Below the pieces are notes generated by a model. That model did no database searches, was not told the origin of the DNA, and saw only the letters and a list, made by a program, of their open reading frames with translations. A program made the translations under genes and the position numbers. Positions 1 through 13,380 of a DNA stretch of 64,000 nucleotides are shown in pieces. Origin of the DNA: Camelus ferus (lineage: Eukaryota); NCBI RefSeq assembly GCF_009834535.1, contig NC_045697.1:106828001-106892000 (forward strand), read 5' to 3'. Position 1 is the stretch's first letter, and the number at the start of each line of letters is the position of its first letter.

Positions 1-250
1 TTACTATTTGCCAGGAACTTTTCTAAGTGATTTTACTATCTTGTATCATTTAATCTTTAAATTGTATGATGTGAGTACTTAACTACATGCATTTTTGTTT
101 ACTATATGCATTTTATAAATAAGGAAAATAATGCACAGAGAACTTTAATGTCTTGTCCAAGCCCATGGAGTAATTAAATGGAGTAATTAAATTAAACTCA
201 AAATCTGCATCCAAGCAGCTTGATTCTATAGCTCAGACTCTCAACCATCA
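1..250 (-). mobile_element. MIR SINE relic
   Basis: Degenerate MIR core in reverse (aaggaaaataatgcacagaga...cttgtccaag); contains a 13-bp tandem duplication, atggagtaattaa x2, at 165-190. Confidence 0.6.
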
Positions 251-859
251 AGTACTCTTCCTCCTTATCTGTCAGGGAGATGCCACAGCCCAGGGATAAG
301 ACTGAGCACACAGAAAAACATCAGCTTACAATCTGGTGAACGAATTAATAAGTTACCTCTATTACCAACATCATTGTCAGCATCACTGCCGTGAACAAAG
401 TAAAGCATGTTCAGACACAGCTGGAGCAGCACGGCTAGGCAAGAGTTGGTTTTATACAGTAGATGAGAAGGCTGGCCCTAGACTTCAGAAGCAAGGGAAG
501 GAGCCAATAGGAAGTGAGGAAGAGAGACTAGGATCATTTTAGAACAGCATCTAAAACATTTTTGGATGGGGTGAAATCAGTTTATGATCAACCTCTGGGA
601 CAATCTTGAGGAAGAAAATATATCACAAAGTGGCAGCTTGAAGCCTAGAGGTAGACGCAAAGAAGAAGGTGAGAGGGCTATTCTGTTATGATATATGGAT
701 TTATAACTGGCTTTATGAATGTGAACCTTAAGTCTCTTTTAAAAAGTTAACAAAGCCAGTGCCCTTCCTTTGACTGCTGCCTTGGGTAGTCCCTACCCAA
801 TAGCTCACGTGCATTTTCCCCCATTAAAAAGAGGGGAGGGGGGAACGGACAGCTTCCGC

Positions 860-1075
860 ACTTGGCCTGTTGAGTCATATGATTCAGGATGCTAATCCTG
901 ACTTTGCCATTTATTTGCTATGTGACTTTGAACACGCAGCTTAATCTGTTTCCCCAGTGATGAGACAGAGATAATAGTAATGCTTAGCTTATAGCATTGT
1001 TTGGGAAATTCAATAATACATATAAAGTGCTTAGCACAGTCCCGAGCACATACAAGACATTAAATAAAATCATAT
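860..1075 (+). mobile_element. MIR SINE relic
   Basis: aatcctgactttgccatttatttgctatgtgactttg...ataatagtaatg...taaagtgcttagcacagt. Confidence 0.7.
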
Positions 1076-4000
1076 TGTTAGGTTTGGGGTTCAGCGTGAT
1101 CCCCATTTAACACAGCTAAACTTGGGAAGGAAGAAACGCTTCAGGAGTTGATGATAATGATAAAAAAATATATGATTTTTAAAAACTGAAATCGGGCTCA
1201 GGATTTCAAAGTATACTACAGGGAGGGCTAAGTGCCTGGAGACAGAGAGGTTGGAGATTCAGAGAGCAGTCCAAAGCGTAAGGAACTGTACACCTCAGCC
1301 CTTCTGGAAGCTGTGTTACTTGAAAGAAAGGGATAAAAATATGAATGATCATCTAAGGAAAAATCAACAGGTCTTAGAGACCAATGACTTTAACAATGAA
1401 GAAAAGAGAAAACACAACACTAATTCTTTTCTTTTGAACTTGCATTTGTTTAGAGAGCAGAAAAGCAATGACTGGACAAACAGGTCTCCACGAGGGAGAA
1501 CTGGCTTGGCAGGAGAAAGACAGTACATTTTATGTCAGATGTAGAGTCTGAAGTGATACTGAGAGCCATCTATCCAGGCCAAGACGTCCCATGTGCAGAA
1601 GAAAGCCCCAGTCTGGCTCTGAGATGAAACATCAGAGGTGCTGACTTGGGTGTCACTCATACAAGAGAAACTGAAGTCAATGGTTTTTGATCTTTCCCTC
1701 TCATTGTGCATATGTGTGTATTTTTAAGCAGCAGAAATGACTTCCTTTTTCAAATGAAATTTTACGTGAAACCCCAATACAAAAAACAGTAATAAAAAGA
1801 CAGAGGAGGGGGTGTGGGGGGTGAAAAGGGTATAGGGTGATGTGGAAGCCACAGATGAGAGTTCCCAAGACACAATGGTCAGTAACACCAACCACCATAG
1901 AGAAACTAAGAATAATGCCATTATCCCACAAGGTGGGACTCAGGCAGAGCCTTCTAGAGAGGGACAGGACTAGAAGACTGAAGCTGAGGGCGACTAATCT
2001 AGGGGAGGCAGTGGTGTGAGAGGAAATGTGAGGCAGAAATGGCTGGTTATGTTTGTAGAAGAAAATCGGAAACACCGTACAGGGAATTGGATGAGGGAAT
2101 AAAAGAGAAGTACGAAGACTTTCATTGCCTTTATGACAGATAAAAATGTAATGTACCTGGCCTTAATACTACATATCCTGCTTTGCAGTTTACATTGTTC
2201 TGAAGTGAAAATGACATGGGTGATGAGACAACTTTCAAAAACACCAATCTCCTCTTTTTAACACTTAAAAAAAGGCTTAAAATTTTAACAGAATTTCCAC
2301 ATTACCGACCCTTTCTTTTTCAAGTCACGGGACACAGTGGTCTGATTATTCTGTCTCAAAGACAGTTAATAAAAGCTGTATTATCCCACATAGGTTAAAT
2401 AATTTTCTTTCCAAGTCCTCAAGACATCTAAAAATATTATAGAACTCTTAGACACAAATGCTTTATTTCTTGACTAACCTCTGAGTGGTGGTGAGTGGAT
2501 GGTGATAAAAATACAATAGGAAGGGCTTTTTCAAGGGTGAAAATTATGGAACAAGATTGTAAAGTAATGACTATAATCTCAAATCTTTATAGTCACACTT
2601 TATAACGTCAACTGATAATTCCAGACTCTCCTCGTTGTTTCTTAAACTCATCCTGCCATTTTCATTCATCTTAATCTCTAAAGCCATTTACACTGGTGAT
2701 CACACCCTGGTTTCTTCACATTCTCTCTGGCTTCCATGCCTTTATGCTAGCTGGGTTCTCCAACCTACTCCTTTATTCTGTCTTTTGCTAACTTCTATTC
2801 TTATTTCTCATCCATAAATGAACTCATCACTGCAAGTTCTCTTTTCACACTCCAATTTTCTCAATATAAACGTTCTGTCCTATAAATTATTTTTTTTTAC
2901 TGTTATGATTTCAAATCTTGCCTCTCTTTGAAGGATTCCAAATCTAAAACTAGAGGGTTGTCGACTTCTACGAAGTATCCATTTACACGCTTGCCTGGTG
3001 GCTTTCCATAGACACTGTGTTATGTCTCAGCACACCTAAAATTAACAACTCTAAAATCTGGAAAAATTAATTTTATTCTAGCATTCCTCAGTCAAGGGTG
3101 AGACTCCTCTTTTATTTTTGAATGCTCAGAAACTTACTAACATTTAAAAAATTTACCTCTTTCCTTCATAAGTAATCAATCACTAGACCCAATCACTTCT
3201 TTTATGAAGTTTTTCACATTCATCACTTCTTTTTGAGTCCAAGTCCCTTATAATTCCAGGTATTGAGTACTGGAAGAGTCTCTTTACTGTTGTTTGCAAT
3301 TGAGTTTCTTCCTTCAGTGTATCCTGTGGAATTGAGTTTTCCCAAACTCTCCTTTGTATACTCTTCCCATGATCAAATGTCTTCAATCACTCGCCAGTAC
3401 TTAAAAGACTAAAAGCCTAATGCTAGGCACTGAAAGCCTTCCTACCTCTCTAACTTTTATTCCCTCATCCATTTCCCTGTACAGTGTTTCTGATTTTCTT
3501 CCACAAACATAACCAGCCACTTCTGCCTTACATTTCCTCTCATGCCACTGCCTCCCCTCGATTAGTCACCCTCAGCTTCAGTTTTCTAGTCCTACCCCTT
3601 TCTAGAAGGCTCTGCTGGAGTGCCACCCTGTGGGAGTAATACTTCCCAAATCTTATAGCCGACTCATGTTGCCAATGACACTCTTGATTCAGGCTTCCTT
3701 ACAATGTTATTTAACTTTTAGCAGATTCCTGGTCTGTCTCAGCAACTATTCCCTATACGGTCAGAGTATCGCATCGCTCAGTGCTGTGCAGCAGGGAGAA
3801 CAGTACCTTGCACATAGTATTCACACAGCAACGAAGGTTACCGAGCACCTCTGATACAGCAAGCCCGCCTGGACCCCTGCGCCTCATCTCGGGGTGTCCT
3901 GGGACAAAAACAAACTCAGGAGATGAGCTCAGTTCTAAACAAGGCAAAATGGGAACGAAGGGGTGGCTCGGGAGTGATCAGGGAGGGCTGATATCTGCTC

Positions 4001-4814
4001 CTGCAAAGACATCAGGAGAGTCTTTCAGAAAAGTCCTAAAAGATGTCGCTAAAGGCAGGCATTCTCAGATTTCAGCCCCCAGCATACCTGAGGGCATGGC
4101 AACACATCCAGGTTCTCCCTACAGCCATGATTCTTAAGGACCAAGTGAGAAATCCTGGGGGCCACGTGATTTGAAAAAGCCCCTCAGGTCATTTTATCAC
4201 TCTCTCTTCACTCCTCCCCTCAGCCCTCTGTACACAACAATAGAAAATTTTTAGGCCATAACTGAGGTCTGAAATCACAGGAAACACACAGGTATAACAT
4301 TCAGGAAGGTGCATTGGTAACAGAGTAGCTTAATCAATTCTACCAAATGCCTAAACTGTTTAATGAACTCTCCTTCACCTAGAGAGTTTTGGTCCCAGGT
4401 GATATATTCTTAGAATTTATTTATTATGGTAAGTTTTTATTATGGAATAGCATAATGAATCCCCATGTACCCATTAGTCAATTTCAATAATTATTAACAC
4501 ATTTGGCCTCAGGTTATCTTAAGGGGGGCTCAGCACACTCAGGCAATGTGCTAGAAAGATTTATTGGAAAACAGAAGAGTGTGCCTGCCTTTAAGCAGTT
4601 TATTTTTTTCAGGTCTACTGCAAAACCACACTGAGAACAAAAATATCAAAAATGACCCGAAATTATAAACATTAGCCAGCAGCCTTCATTTTGTTCAGAA
4701 GGATTAAACGTACCTGAACCTGTAAGGAGATGTTTAAACCTACAGTTGCTAATTTGATTAGGTAACTTCTCCAGTTAAATTCCTTCCAATCAAATTCCTT
4801 ACCATGGAGTGGCC

Positions 4815-5120
4815 CCGGAGAGTGGGGTTACGTATGCAGACACTGGGATCAGACTGCCTCAGTTCAAAGATTAGCTTTATCATACATTAGCTGAGTGACT
4901 CTGGCAAGTCACTCAACCTTCTATGCCTTAGGTTCACATCTAAAAATGGTGATAATAACAGTAAGTATTTATTGGGTTGTTGTGAAGATTAAATGAGATA
5001 ATATAAAACACGTAGAATGGTTCTTGACATATCAGTAACTGTTTGATGTTATTATTACAGCATGTACGTAAAAGATTTTACATAGTGTCTGGCTGAGGTT
5101 AAGTAAGCATTTAATAAATG
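4815..5120 (+). mobile_element. MIR SINE relic
   Basis: agctgagtgactctggcaagtcactcaaccttctatgcct...ttgtgaagattaaatgagataat. Confidence 0.75.
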
Positions 5121-5169
5121 TTACGACCTACTTACAAGTAAGATGAATAGTCATCTAGCTTCCCATGTT

Positions 5170-5570
5170 TCCAGTCTCATCCTGACACTGTCCCCCTCAC
5201 ACTCTGCATGTGAGATGTAAGTTGTCACACTGCCTTTGCATACACTGTTTTCCTAATGTTTCTATTCCCTTTTTCTGTGTGTGGTTGCCTCCTCCTCATT
5301 CTCTAAGACTCAGTTCAGGCATCTCTGTACTCTGGGGAATCTCTTTCTAGATCTCATCCAGACTGTTGCTGCCCCTCCCTGTTGCTCCTGAAGCGCTGTG
5401 CACAGACCCCAACCACCTACTTGACTAAAATCCTGGTTACTGGTCTAATTTCTGTCTTATCAATTAGACTCTAAGTCTCCTTGAGACCAGAGACTGCTAA
5501 GTCTTTCTGTGCTTCTGGGGGCTTGACACACAGTAGGTGCTCAATAAATATTCACTGAATAAATGAATCT
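5170..5570 (+). mobile_element. L2 LINE 3' end relic
   Basis: Ends in cacacagtaggtgctcaataaatattcactgaataaatgaat, the typical L2 3' terminus. Confidence 0.7.
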
Positions 5571-7529
5571 TATCCATTCATAATTCAGCAGTGACGTAGC
5601 TAAAAGACACACTCCTAACACTTACTACAGAGCAGCCCAGCACCAAAAAAACATTCTATTAAACATCGCTACCACAAAGCTTACTTCATCCTCGTCCACC
5701 AATTCCCAAATACTTCTGTAAATAGCCTCTTACTACTTTCTATAATAAACCTGAATTCAGGCAGGCAGCATTCCAGATGTTAAAATACATAGTAGTAAAA
5801 AAGACTACACAAATACTTCAAGACACTCCAATAAAACCACATATTTGTATTTTATAAACAGCATCTCAAATATTACCTAGAGAATTTATTAATGGATTTC
5901 CAAATGGAAATATTATGAAAAGATTTTCAGCAAGCTGTGTATTCTATAGTTTTCTGTGCCAACGACTGCATAATTCCATGATTTTTATGGCTATAGAGAA
6001 AGGGGCAGAATATAGAGAGAGAATACAGGTACACACGCTAGATAAAATGAAAGAATGAAAGAAAAGAAAGAAAAGGGAAGGAAAGTAGACTGGCTTAGTG
6101 GCAATGCAGGACTTCAACTTAATAATGATTATTTTAGTCTCTTTGCAATAGTCTTTTTAATCTAACAGAGGAAACAAGTTAACTCAGTACAACACTTAGT
6201 AACCAACAATAAAGCTGTAAAACTTTTTTAAGATGGGTTTGGGGGAGAAAGAACTTAAACATATGGATGCAATTAAGGTAAACACATAAGTATTCTGCTC
6301 TTTTTAAGCACACAACTCCGAAATTGCATTTTATCCCCTATGTATTTACATCGAAAAGCACTATAAAATTGGGATGGGGAAATGGAAAAAATCATTTATT
6401 AAGAAAAAAATGCCATTTATTAATATATTAAAAATTTCTGACATTACCAAAATTAAATTCTAGAAAGCTATCTTAAGATTCAAGAGTAACTCCTTACCAA
6501 GAGATATTTACAAATCCAAGTAAGACTTCATATTTTGGATTTCAGAAATTAATTCACTTTTCATGTTTAAAAAGAGTCACATGACAGCCAGCGAGTGACT
6601 TCTCCTGTGTTACATATCATATTATCACTTATGTCTGTTTTCGTCTTGCCCTTCACACATTTGAATTAAGCTGGAGAACAACTTGCTGGATATTTGACTG
6701 GTTTCCACTCCGTTTACTAACTGACTCTCTAGTGAACCAGCTTCAGTGCCCTTTGAGGCCACTGTAAAAATTTAGCTTTGGTATTAGCAAATTAAAAAAG
6801 CACACTAATCTTATGTTTAAGTTAGCATTTAACTCCTGAAGGACAAAAAATTCCGGTAACATTAACCAGTAAGGCCAAAGAGCCTCACATAACAAGTAAA
6901 TGTGCTGATTAAAAATGAAGGCTCTAAAAAGAGAAAATTATCTTTATAATATATATGGTCTTGTTTGCATAACACCTCTAGCTGGTGAAAAAAAAAAAAA
7001 AGGCAAGGCAACATTCAGAAACATTGAGAAGCTAGACCCTTCAACATAGGTAATGAAATACAGAGTTACTTTTGAGTACTTAGAGCAATAAAAGCACAAA
7101 ATTTTAAAAAAATTAGCATAATGAACCTAACTCAAATTCTTTAAAAGAATCTTTTAAGATTGAAATGTAAATATTAAAGTGCCCTAGGAAAAAAAAAAAC
7201 ATCGAATTCAAACCTTGTAAAGCATAATGCAAAAGATAAATAGCCCATCGAGAAAAGTGTCATGGATGTACTACTAGCATGAGGAATTTCTAAAACTCAA
7301 TCAGACTTTTTGTTCAAAATAAACAATAGCAGGTATTTAGTCAACAAATTATGCAAAGTAATCCACACAGAAGAGGGATAAAGTGAAGAAATAAGTTAAC
7401 TGAACAGAAGTAATTCTATATAAATTTGAACTTGAAAGACAAAGGTTTTTTTTTTTTAAGTTTGAGAAATTAGACAGAGAAAAACAAAAACTTAGTTAAA
7501 AGTCAAATTTTCATGTTTTCAAATAAAGA

Positions 7530-8030
7530 TTGAGTTACTGATTCCACTTTTGCAAATTTTCCTAAAAATCAGACCAATGCAAAAAGATTTAGACACAAAG
7601 ATGGTTATTATAGCACTCTGCAATAGTAAAATTAGGGCGGAAAACTAATTAACTATGTTAATGAAATACCATACAGTCATTAAAATGAGTGAGTTAAGCT
7701 GAATATATGTGTCATGGAAACTAGTCTATACTATACTGATGAAAAAATTCCCAGTTACCAAAGAATACAGTGTATGATCTCATCTAAGTAAAAAATAAAA
7801 AATAAAAATTAAATAAACACACATTTTTATGTGCTATGTGAGTACATGCATGAATACACATGTGTAAAATCTGGAAAGGTACATACCAAACTATTATCAG
7901 CTATTATCTCTGGTGGGAGGATGGATGAAAAGATTGGCAGAAAAAAAATGAATACCTTCTTCACTTTTATACTATTTGACATCTTAGAAAAGCATGTATT
8001 ACTTTTAAGATCAAGAATAGTAAAAAAAAA
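7530..8030 (+). mobile_element. Old L1 (L1ME-like) 3' region relic
   Basis: aaagatggttattatagcac...atgaaataccatacagtcattaaaa...tctggaaaggtacataccaaact. Confidence 0.55.
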
Positions 8031-9216
8031 TTGTTTTGAAAAAAATCTAAAACTAAAAAAAACCTATGAAAGTCCAAAGAAAAATCTGACAATATTTGAT
8101 ATAGCTTTATGAACTTCAGTTTTTCCAGTAAGCAGAAGTATTAACATCTAGGAACAACTGCAGCTGATAAATTGGTCACAGATTGTAAAATAAATAGACC
8201 TTGCGAAGAAACTAATTTTGTTATTTTGAGCTTATTCCCTAACTTATTTTCATCTGACTTCAAGAAGCCATTAGTTTTATCAATATTTTACCATCATTTA
8301 TTATTAATTAAATATTTAGAAAGGTATGACAATTTGTAAGTACACTGTTCTATTTACATTAGGTATTTGAGGGCGTATGTATATCATGATGGTATTTAAA
8401 AAGCAAAGAGAACGAGTGCCTTGTTAAATAAAATAAATCTGTCTTTAAAAAAAAAAGACTGCAGTGATAGGAAACCAGGGGAGAGGGAAAAATTAGGGAG
8501 GAAAAGGAGTATTTTTACTTATATATCTACTCAATAGTTTTATGGAAGTTACTATAAAGTACTTATAAATTGTGAAAATATGCACAGATTTCCGATCAGT
8601 GCCTTTAGCTGAGCCCATACATTCCAGGCACATTACACGGAGGCCCAGCCCAGCCTCACTACAATCTCCACTTCTTGTAGCTGTCCATCCACTGCAGCAT
8701 AATCCCAGCTGCCAATCTGAAAGAAACCAGCTAGTCAGAGCAGACACAACCAACAGAAACAAATGTCACTCAATAATGTTCAGCGGCACTGTGTTCATGG
8801 ATAATTTCAAACAGTATCTCTGTCTAGAACATTGATGTGCTCATTCAAAACACCTCCATCTCTAGCTACTGGAAACGAGCAGATAAAGCAGCCTGCCTAG
8901 AAAAATAAGTGGAATGTTGCTTCAAAGACATGGCCAATACTAAGGGGCAAACACAGTGGAAACATAGTAAAAAGTTCGTAAAGGAAAAAAAAAAACAAAA
9001 CAAAACAGCAGGACAGTTAATTTATTGCATTCAGAAGGTTAAAATTATTTCTCAAAACCAGACAGATGTGTTTAAACTATGTCATGGTCATTCATTTGTT
9101 AAGGATCACTTAGTCTATTTTTCTCAATAATATTTGTGAGCATCCACTGTGTAAGAATGCTGAAATGAGGTACACTGAGGAATTCTTGACTCAAAGAACT
9201 TGGAGCCTGAAAGACA

Positions 9217-9264
<48 letters not shown>
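9217..9264 (+). repeat. (ATACAC)8 hexanucleotide microsatellite
   Basis: Eight perfect ATACAC units read directly. Confidence 0.95.
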
Positions 9265-9267
<3 letters not shown>

Positions 9268-11949
9268 ACACACAAACACACCCCGCCAGTTACACAGTAC
9301 AGGCCGGGACAGAGAGAGGGAAGGCAACAAGTTTCCTGCTATAACGTAGTTACATCATACTCAACATTGAGAAAATTTGCTCTTAAGTATTTCCTGAGTA
9401 CTGTGCTAATGGAATCTCAGTTGCTTCTTTGTACCAATAACGAAGACTAAGAATAGAGATTCTAAGTAAACTCCCTCATCTTTGTTAGAAATAGAGCAAC
9501 ATTGCTATTCTGAACATTAAGAAATCTGTCACACTTGAAAATAATCTTACATAGATTTTCAAATCTATGTAATCTTTAATCTTAATTTTTCTAGAAACTT
9601 GCATTTAGTTTAAAATTTCAAGAACAAAATTCAGTCACTTGATTTATGAGTAATTTTTACACTTTCAATTTAAAATGAAGACGGTGCCTGAAAAGAGCAG
9701 AGGTTTATGACGAAAGGCATTGGCATAATAGAACGGGTCAGGATTTCTTGGGGAGCAGATAGGGAGGAAGTCATAAAAAAAATATTAACGCTTTGTTTTA
9801 TCTCCTTGGATGTATAATTTAGCTCCACCTATTTAACTAGTAAGTCTGCAATAGGCCTAATCACTAGCAAAATACAGAGATTAGCTTTTCTGGCAACTTC
9901 GATGTTTATTTAATCGACTAAGGGAAAACTGTGATTGTGGTTTTAATACACAAGAAAGTCTGGCGTAATTTCAAGGTATTTTTTATGTAGGTTTTCAATT
10001 AAAACTTGACTAATCCTTACCGTTTATTTGGCTTTTCACTGTACAGCTCCTGCCCTGCACTGTGTCAAGCATGTCATCTGTGTAACACAATTCTGGCCAG
10101 AGATGCTTCGGGATTATTTTTTTAACACTCTGAATTGTGGCTGCGTGAAGTCTTAACTTCCCGCATTCAATACTTCTAACTTACTCTACTGCTACAACCA
10201 TCGTAACCGCGTTGTCCTGTTGTCCTACTTCCAAATCTCACGGCAGCCACAGCAAAGATTCCTGCCCCACCTGCTTACAACAGGCTTACAGACCATTCCT
10301 CTAACTATTTAACAAATGTTAACAATGCTATAAATACCAATTGTGTTTATGCTTTCTGAAAGATTCACTGCAGCCAGTGTTCTGCAGTAGTGTTAGGGCT
10401 GAAATAAGCTGTTGACTCCCACCATGAAAGTGATTGAATTCTAAGCCAAAAATGCCTTCTCTCGGATAAGATATCTGATTTGCTACTGCTGTCATGAAAC
10501 TGGGGTCATGTAAACTTAAACACTGCTGCTGCTTCTTTTGGAAAACAGACCTTCTCAGAGTGATTATGTGTTACTAACACGGCATTTGAAAGGATAAATT
10601 TGGGAGAGGGAAAACCAACCACTGACACTAAACAACTTTGGGAAAACTTTTCAGGTTTTACTTTCACGCTATGAGACCCACTGTATATAATTCTTTAAAT
10701 AGAGCAACAAGGTGGCTCTCCTTTAACTTTTCCCTACCCATTTACGTTAACAGAGCTGAGTTCCATTTTCATTAGGAAATTAATAACTTTAATTTCTGAA
10801 CTGACATAGACATAAAATAACATTGCATTTGCTTGAAAAGGAGAAAATGATGCTTCCTGAGGAAACGTGGTGAGGACTTAAGGTAAGGTGCAAGATGAAA
10901 ATGCAGAGATGACAAGGTTCATATTTATGCTGCCCCTAAGCAAAACCTACCTGTGCAGTCTATCTTTTGGCCTTTGAATCTCCACCTTTTCTTCCTAGCT
11001 CCGGCACACCCCAGGGTTGGCCCCCGCTGCCCCTACACAAAGGCTGCTCGGACCCTGTTGTGTCTGTACTTTTCCTTTTGTCAAAATCTACGATCAAGTC
11101 CTATGCACAGAGCTGAATGACTGGAAAAAATTGTTTCCCTGCCAAAAACCTGTGACTAAGTAAATTATCTATAATGGTGCAGTTTCAGGCATTAGTAAAA
11201 GGCAATGAATTGTGTGGCAGAGGCTTTTTTCTGTAAATATCAAAGCACAGCATATAGAAACTATTATCACTGACTTCAGCACGTGACTCTAGCCTTAGCG
11301 AACAAAGACCAAACTTGGGGATAGAAGCTTTCTACTCTCTTACTTTATACTTTCATATTCTTTGAAATTTTATAGTTAACACACATTTTTCTGATAAATA
11401 AGTTGTTAAATCTCTTTATATAGCCATTTAAATATATATACATATACACACAGTTTAGTAGTGAACCCAGAAATCTAGAATTCATGAATCTTAGGCCAAA
11501 AGCCTTCTTGATTTTAGAAAATGATGGTAAGAGCTACAATTAACAGTGGTGTAGCTAAGATATTTTCCCTAGGAGTTGAAGTGATCCTTTTGGTCCTCCT
11601 CAAATATGATGGCAAAAATGAAGAAATAAATTTAAATGGCTAAAAAGTATGAAAAAGAATCCTAGTTCAGTGAGTTAAATAACACACTACGAGCTCAGAG
11701 GTCCTAATTTCTGAGTGAGACAAAAGTTAAGAAATTACAAATTCCCTCACCTTTATCAAAGTTATCAAATGAAGATCATTATACAAAGTCAGTATCCAAG
11801 CAACATTAAACACGGCCAAGCCCAAGAAGTAATCACAAAAGACCTCCAAACAGCCAAAAGCAAAGTCAGCATCATGATGCTCATGCTAACTGCATCATTT
11901 GTTTGGATTTTCAGAAAGAGAAAGAGCTATGGGTTGGCTTTTTTCTCTT

Positions 11950-13380
11950 GATTTAAAAGAGAAATACTTTTCAGAACATAGAAAGTACCAAATGAAAGAA
12001 TTCCGTAATCTCACTGACCAAAGATAATAACTATAACAATGACTATCTTTGGTTAGATGACCATATAAACACCTTGGGGTCTATAATTTCAGAAATTTCC
12101 TAAGCATATACACACATCATAAAATTTGTATTTTCTATGTTTCATAACATGTTTTTCAATGTAATATGGTAAAATACTCTTCCATAGCAATACATATAGA
12201 CCTATATAGCAATATTTTTTATTCCACTTTATGGATTCACCAATATTTTTTTTACTGGTTCTCTACTGTTAAGACATTTATGTGGTTTTTGTTTCTTTGT
12301 GGTTTTTTTTTTTTTTTTTTTTTTTTGCTATGGTGAACAACTATACACCTGAACTTTTTTTTTTTTTATATACCTGTTCAATTATTCCTTTTGGCTAAAG
12401 CTCTAAGTAAAGAGTAGATAAGTATTTTAAAAACTGATACAGATTGCTATAAAGATTCAACCTATTTTCATCGTCACCAAATATATGACAGTGTCTGTTT
12501 TTTAACTGATATTAGGAATTTTCAGTTATTTTTTATCTTAGAAAATTTAATAGGCAAAAATGTGTTAGATTTTAAATTGAATTACACTGATTACTAGTGA
12601 GGCTTCCTTCGTGGCTTGTATTTCATCTTTTGTGAATTATCTGTTCCTGAACTTATTATTATTGCTTTTTTTTTTTGGATCTACAAAAACTTGTTTTTAT
12701 GTAGACAAATACATAAATTTCCTTAATGACTGTTTTGATATTGACTTACAAAACGGGCCTTCTCCATTCCAAGATTATAAAACTATCCACCTATAGTATC
12801 TTCTAAGTTCCGTAGTTGTACTCTTTATATTTACAATATAATCTTTATTCCAAATAAATACATTATTTCGTCCATAAATTTTTTCACTTTAAGATGTGAA
12901 ACAGGGATTTAAATTAATTTGTTGTACACAATTAGCTGGCTGTCCCAACATCACACTGAATAAGACAGCCTTTCCCTGGTGATTTTAAATACCACCTTTA
13001 TCATATATTCTTACGTGTAATATTGCTATTTCTGGAAGCTCTATTCTGTTCCATTGAACCTTAGTTCCTTCACCAGAACATAGTGTTTTGTTTTGTTTTG
13101 TTTTCACTGAAGTACAGTTAGGTACAATGTGTCAATCTCTAGTACACAGCACAATGTCCCAGCCATGCACGCACACACACATATTTGCCTTCATATTCCC
13201 TTCCACTACAAGATATTGAATATAATCCCCTGTGCTATACAGAAGGAGCATATTTTTTTAAATCTATTTTTTATATACAGTGGCCAACACCTGCAAATCT
13301 CAAACTCTCAAGTTTATCCCTTCCCACCCCCTAGAACACAGTGTTTTGATTACTGTGGTTTATGGTTTTGTATCTGGTGA
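11950..13380 (-). mobile_element. Old L1 (L1ME-like) relic, interrupted by a younger L1 fragment
   Basis: Degenerate antisense L1 phrases (gtcccaacatcacactgaataag, ctctattctgttccattg, gttttgattactgtggttt); internal T24 run at 12303-12326. Confidence 0.55.
13091..13332 (-). mobile_element. Young lineage-specific L1 3'-end insertion, 5'-truncated
   Basis: Shares the tgaagtacagtt...cagcacaatgtcccagccatgc block with other copies. TSD agaaca(t/c)agtgttttg at 13075-13090 and 13333-13348. Confidence 0.85.

Noticed and set aside
3750..4000. CpG island or internal promoter
   Set aside because: Only a modest local CpG excess over about 250 bp next to repeat relics; too short and dilute.
9099..9330. 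MCMCMC / VYVYVY repeat peptides
   Set aside because: Translation artefacts of the (ATACAC)8 microsatellite.
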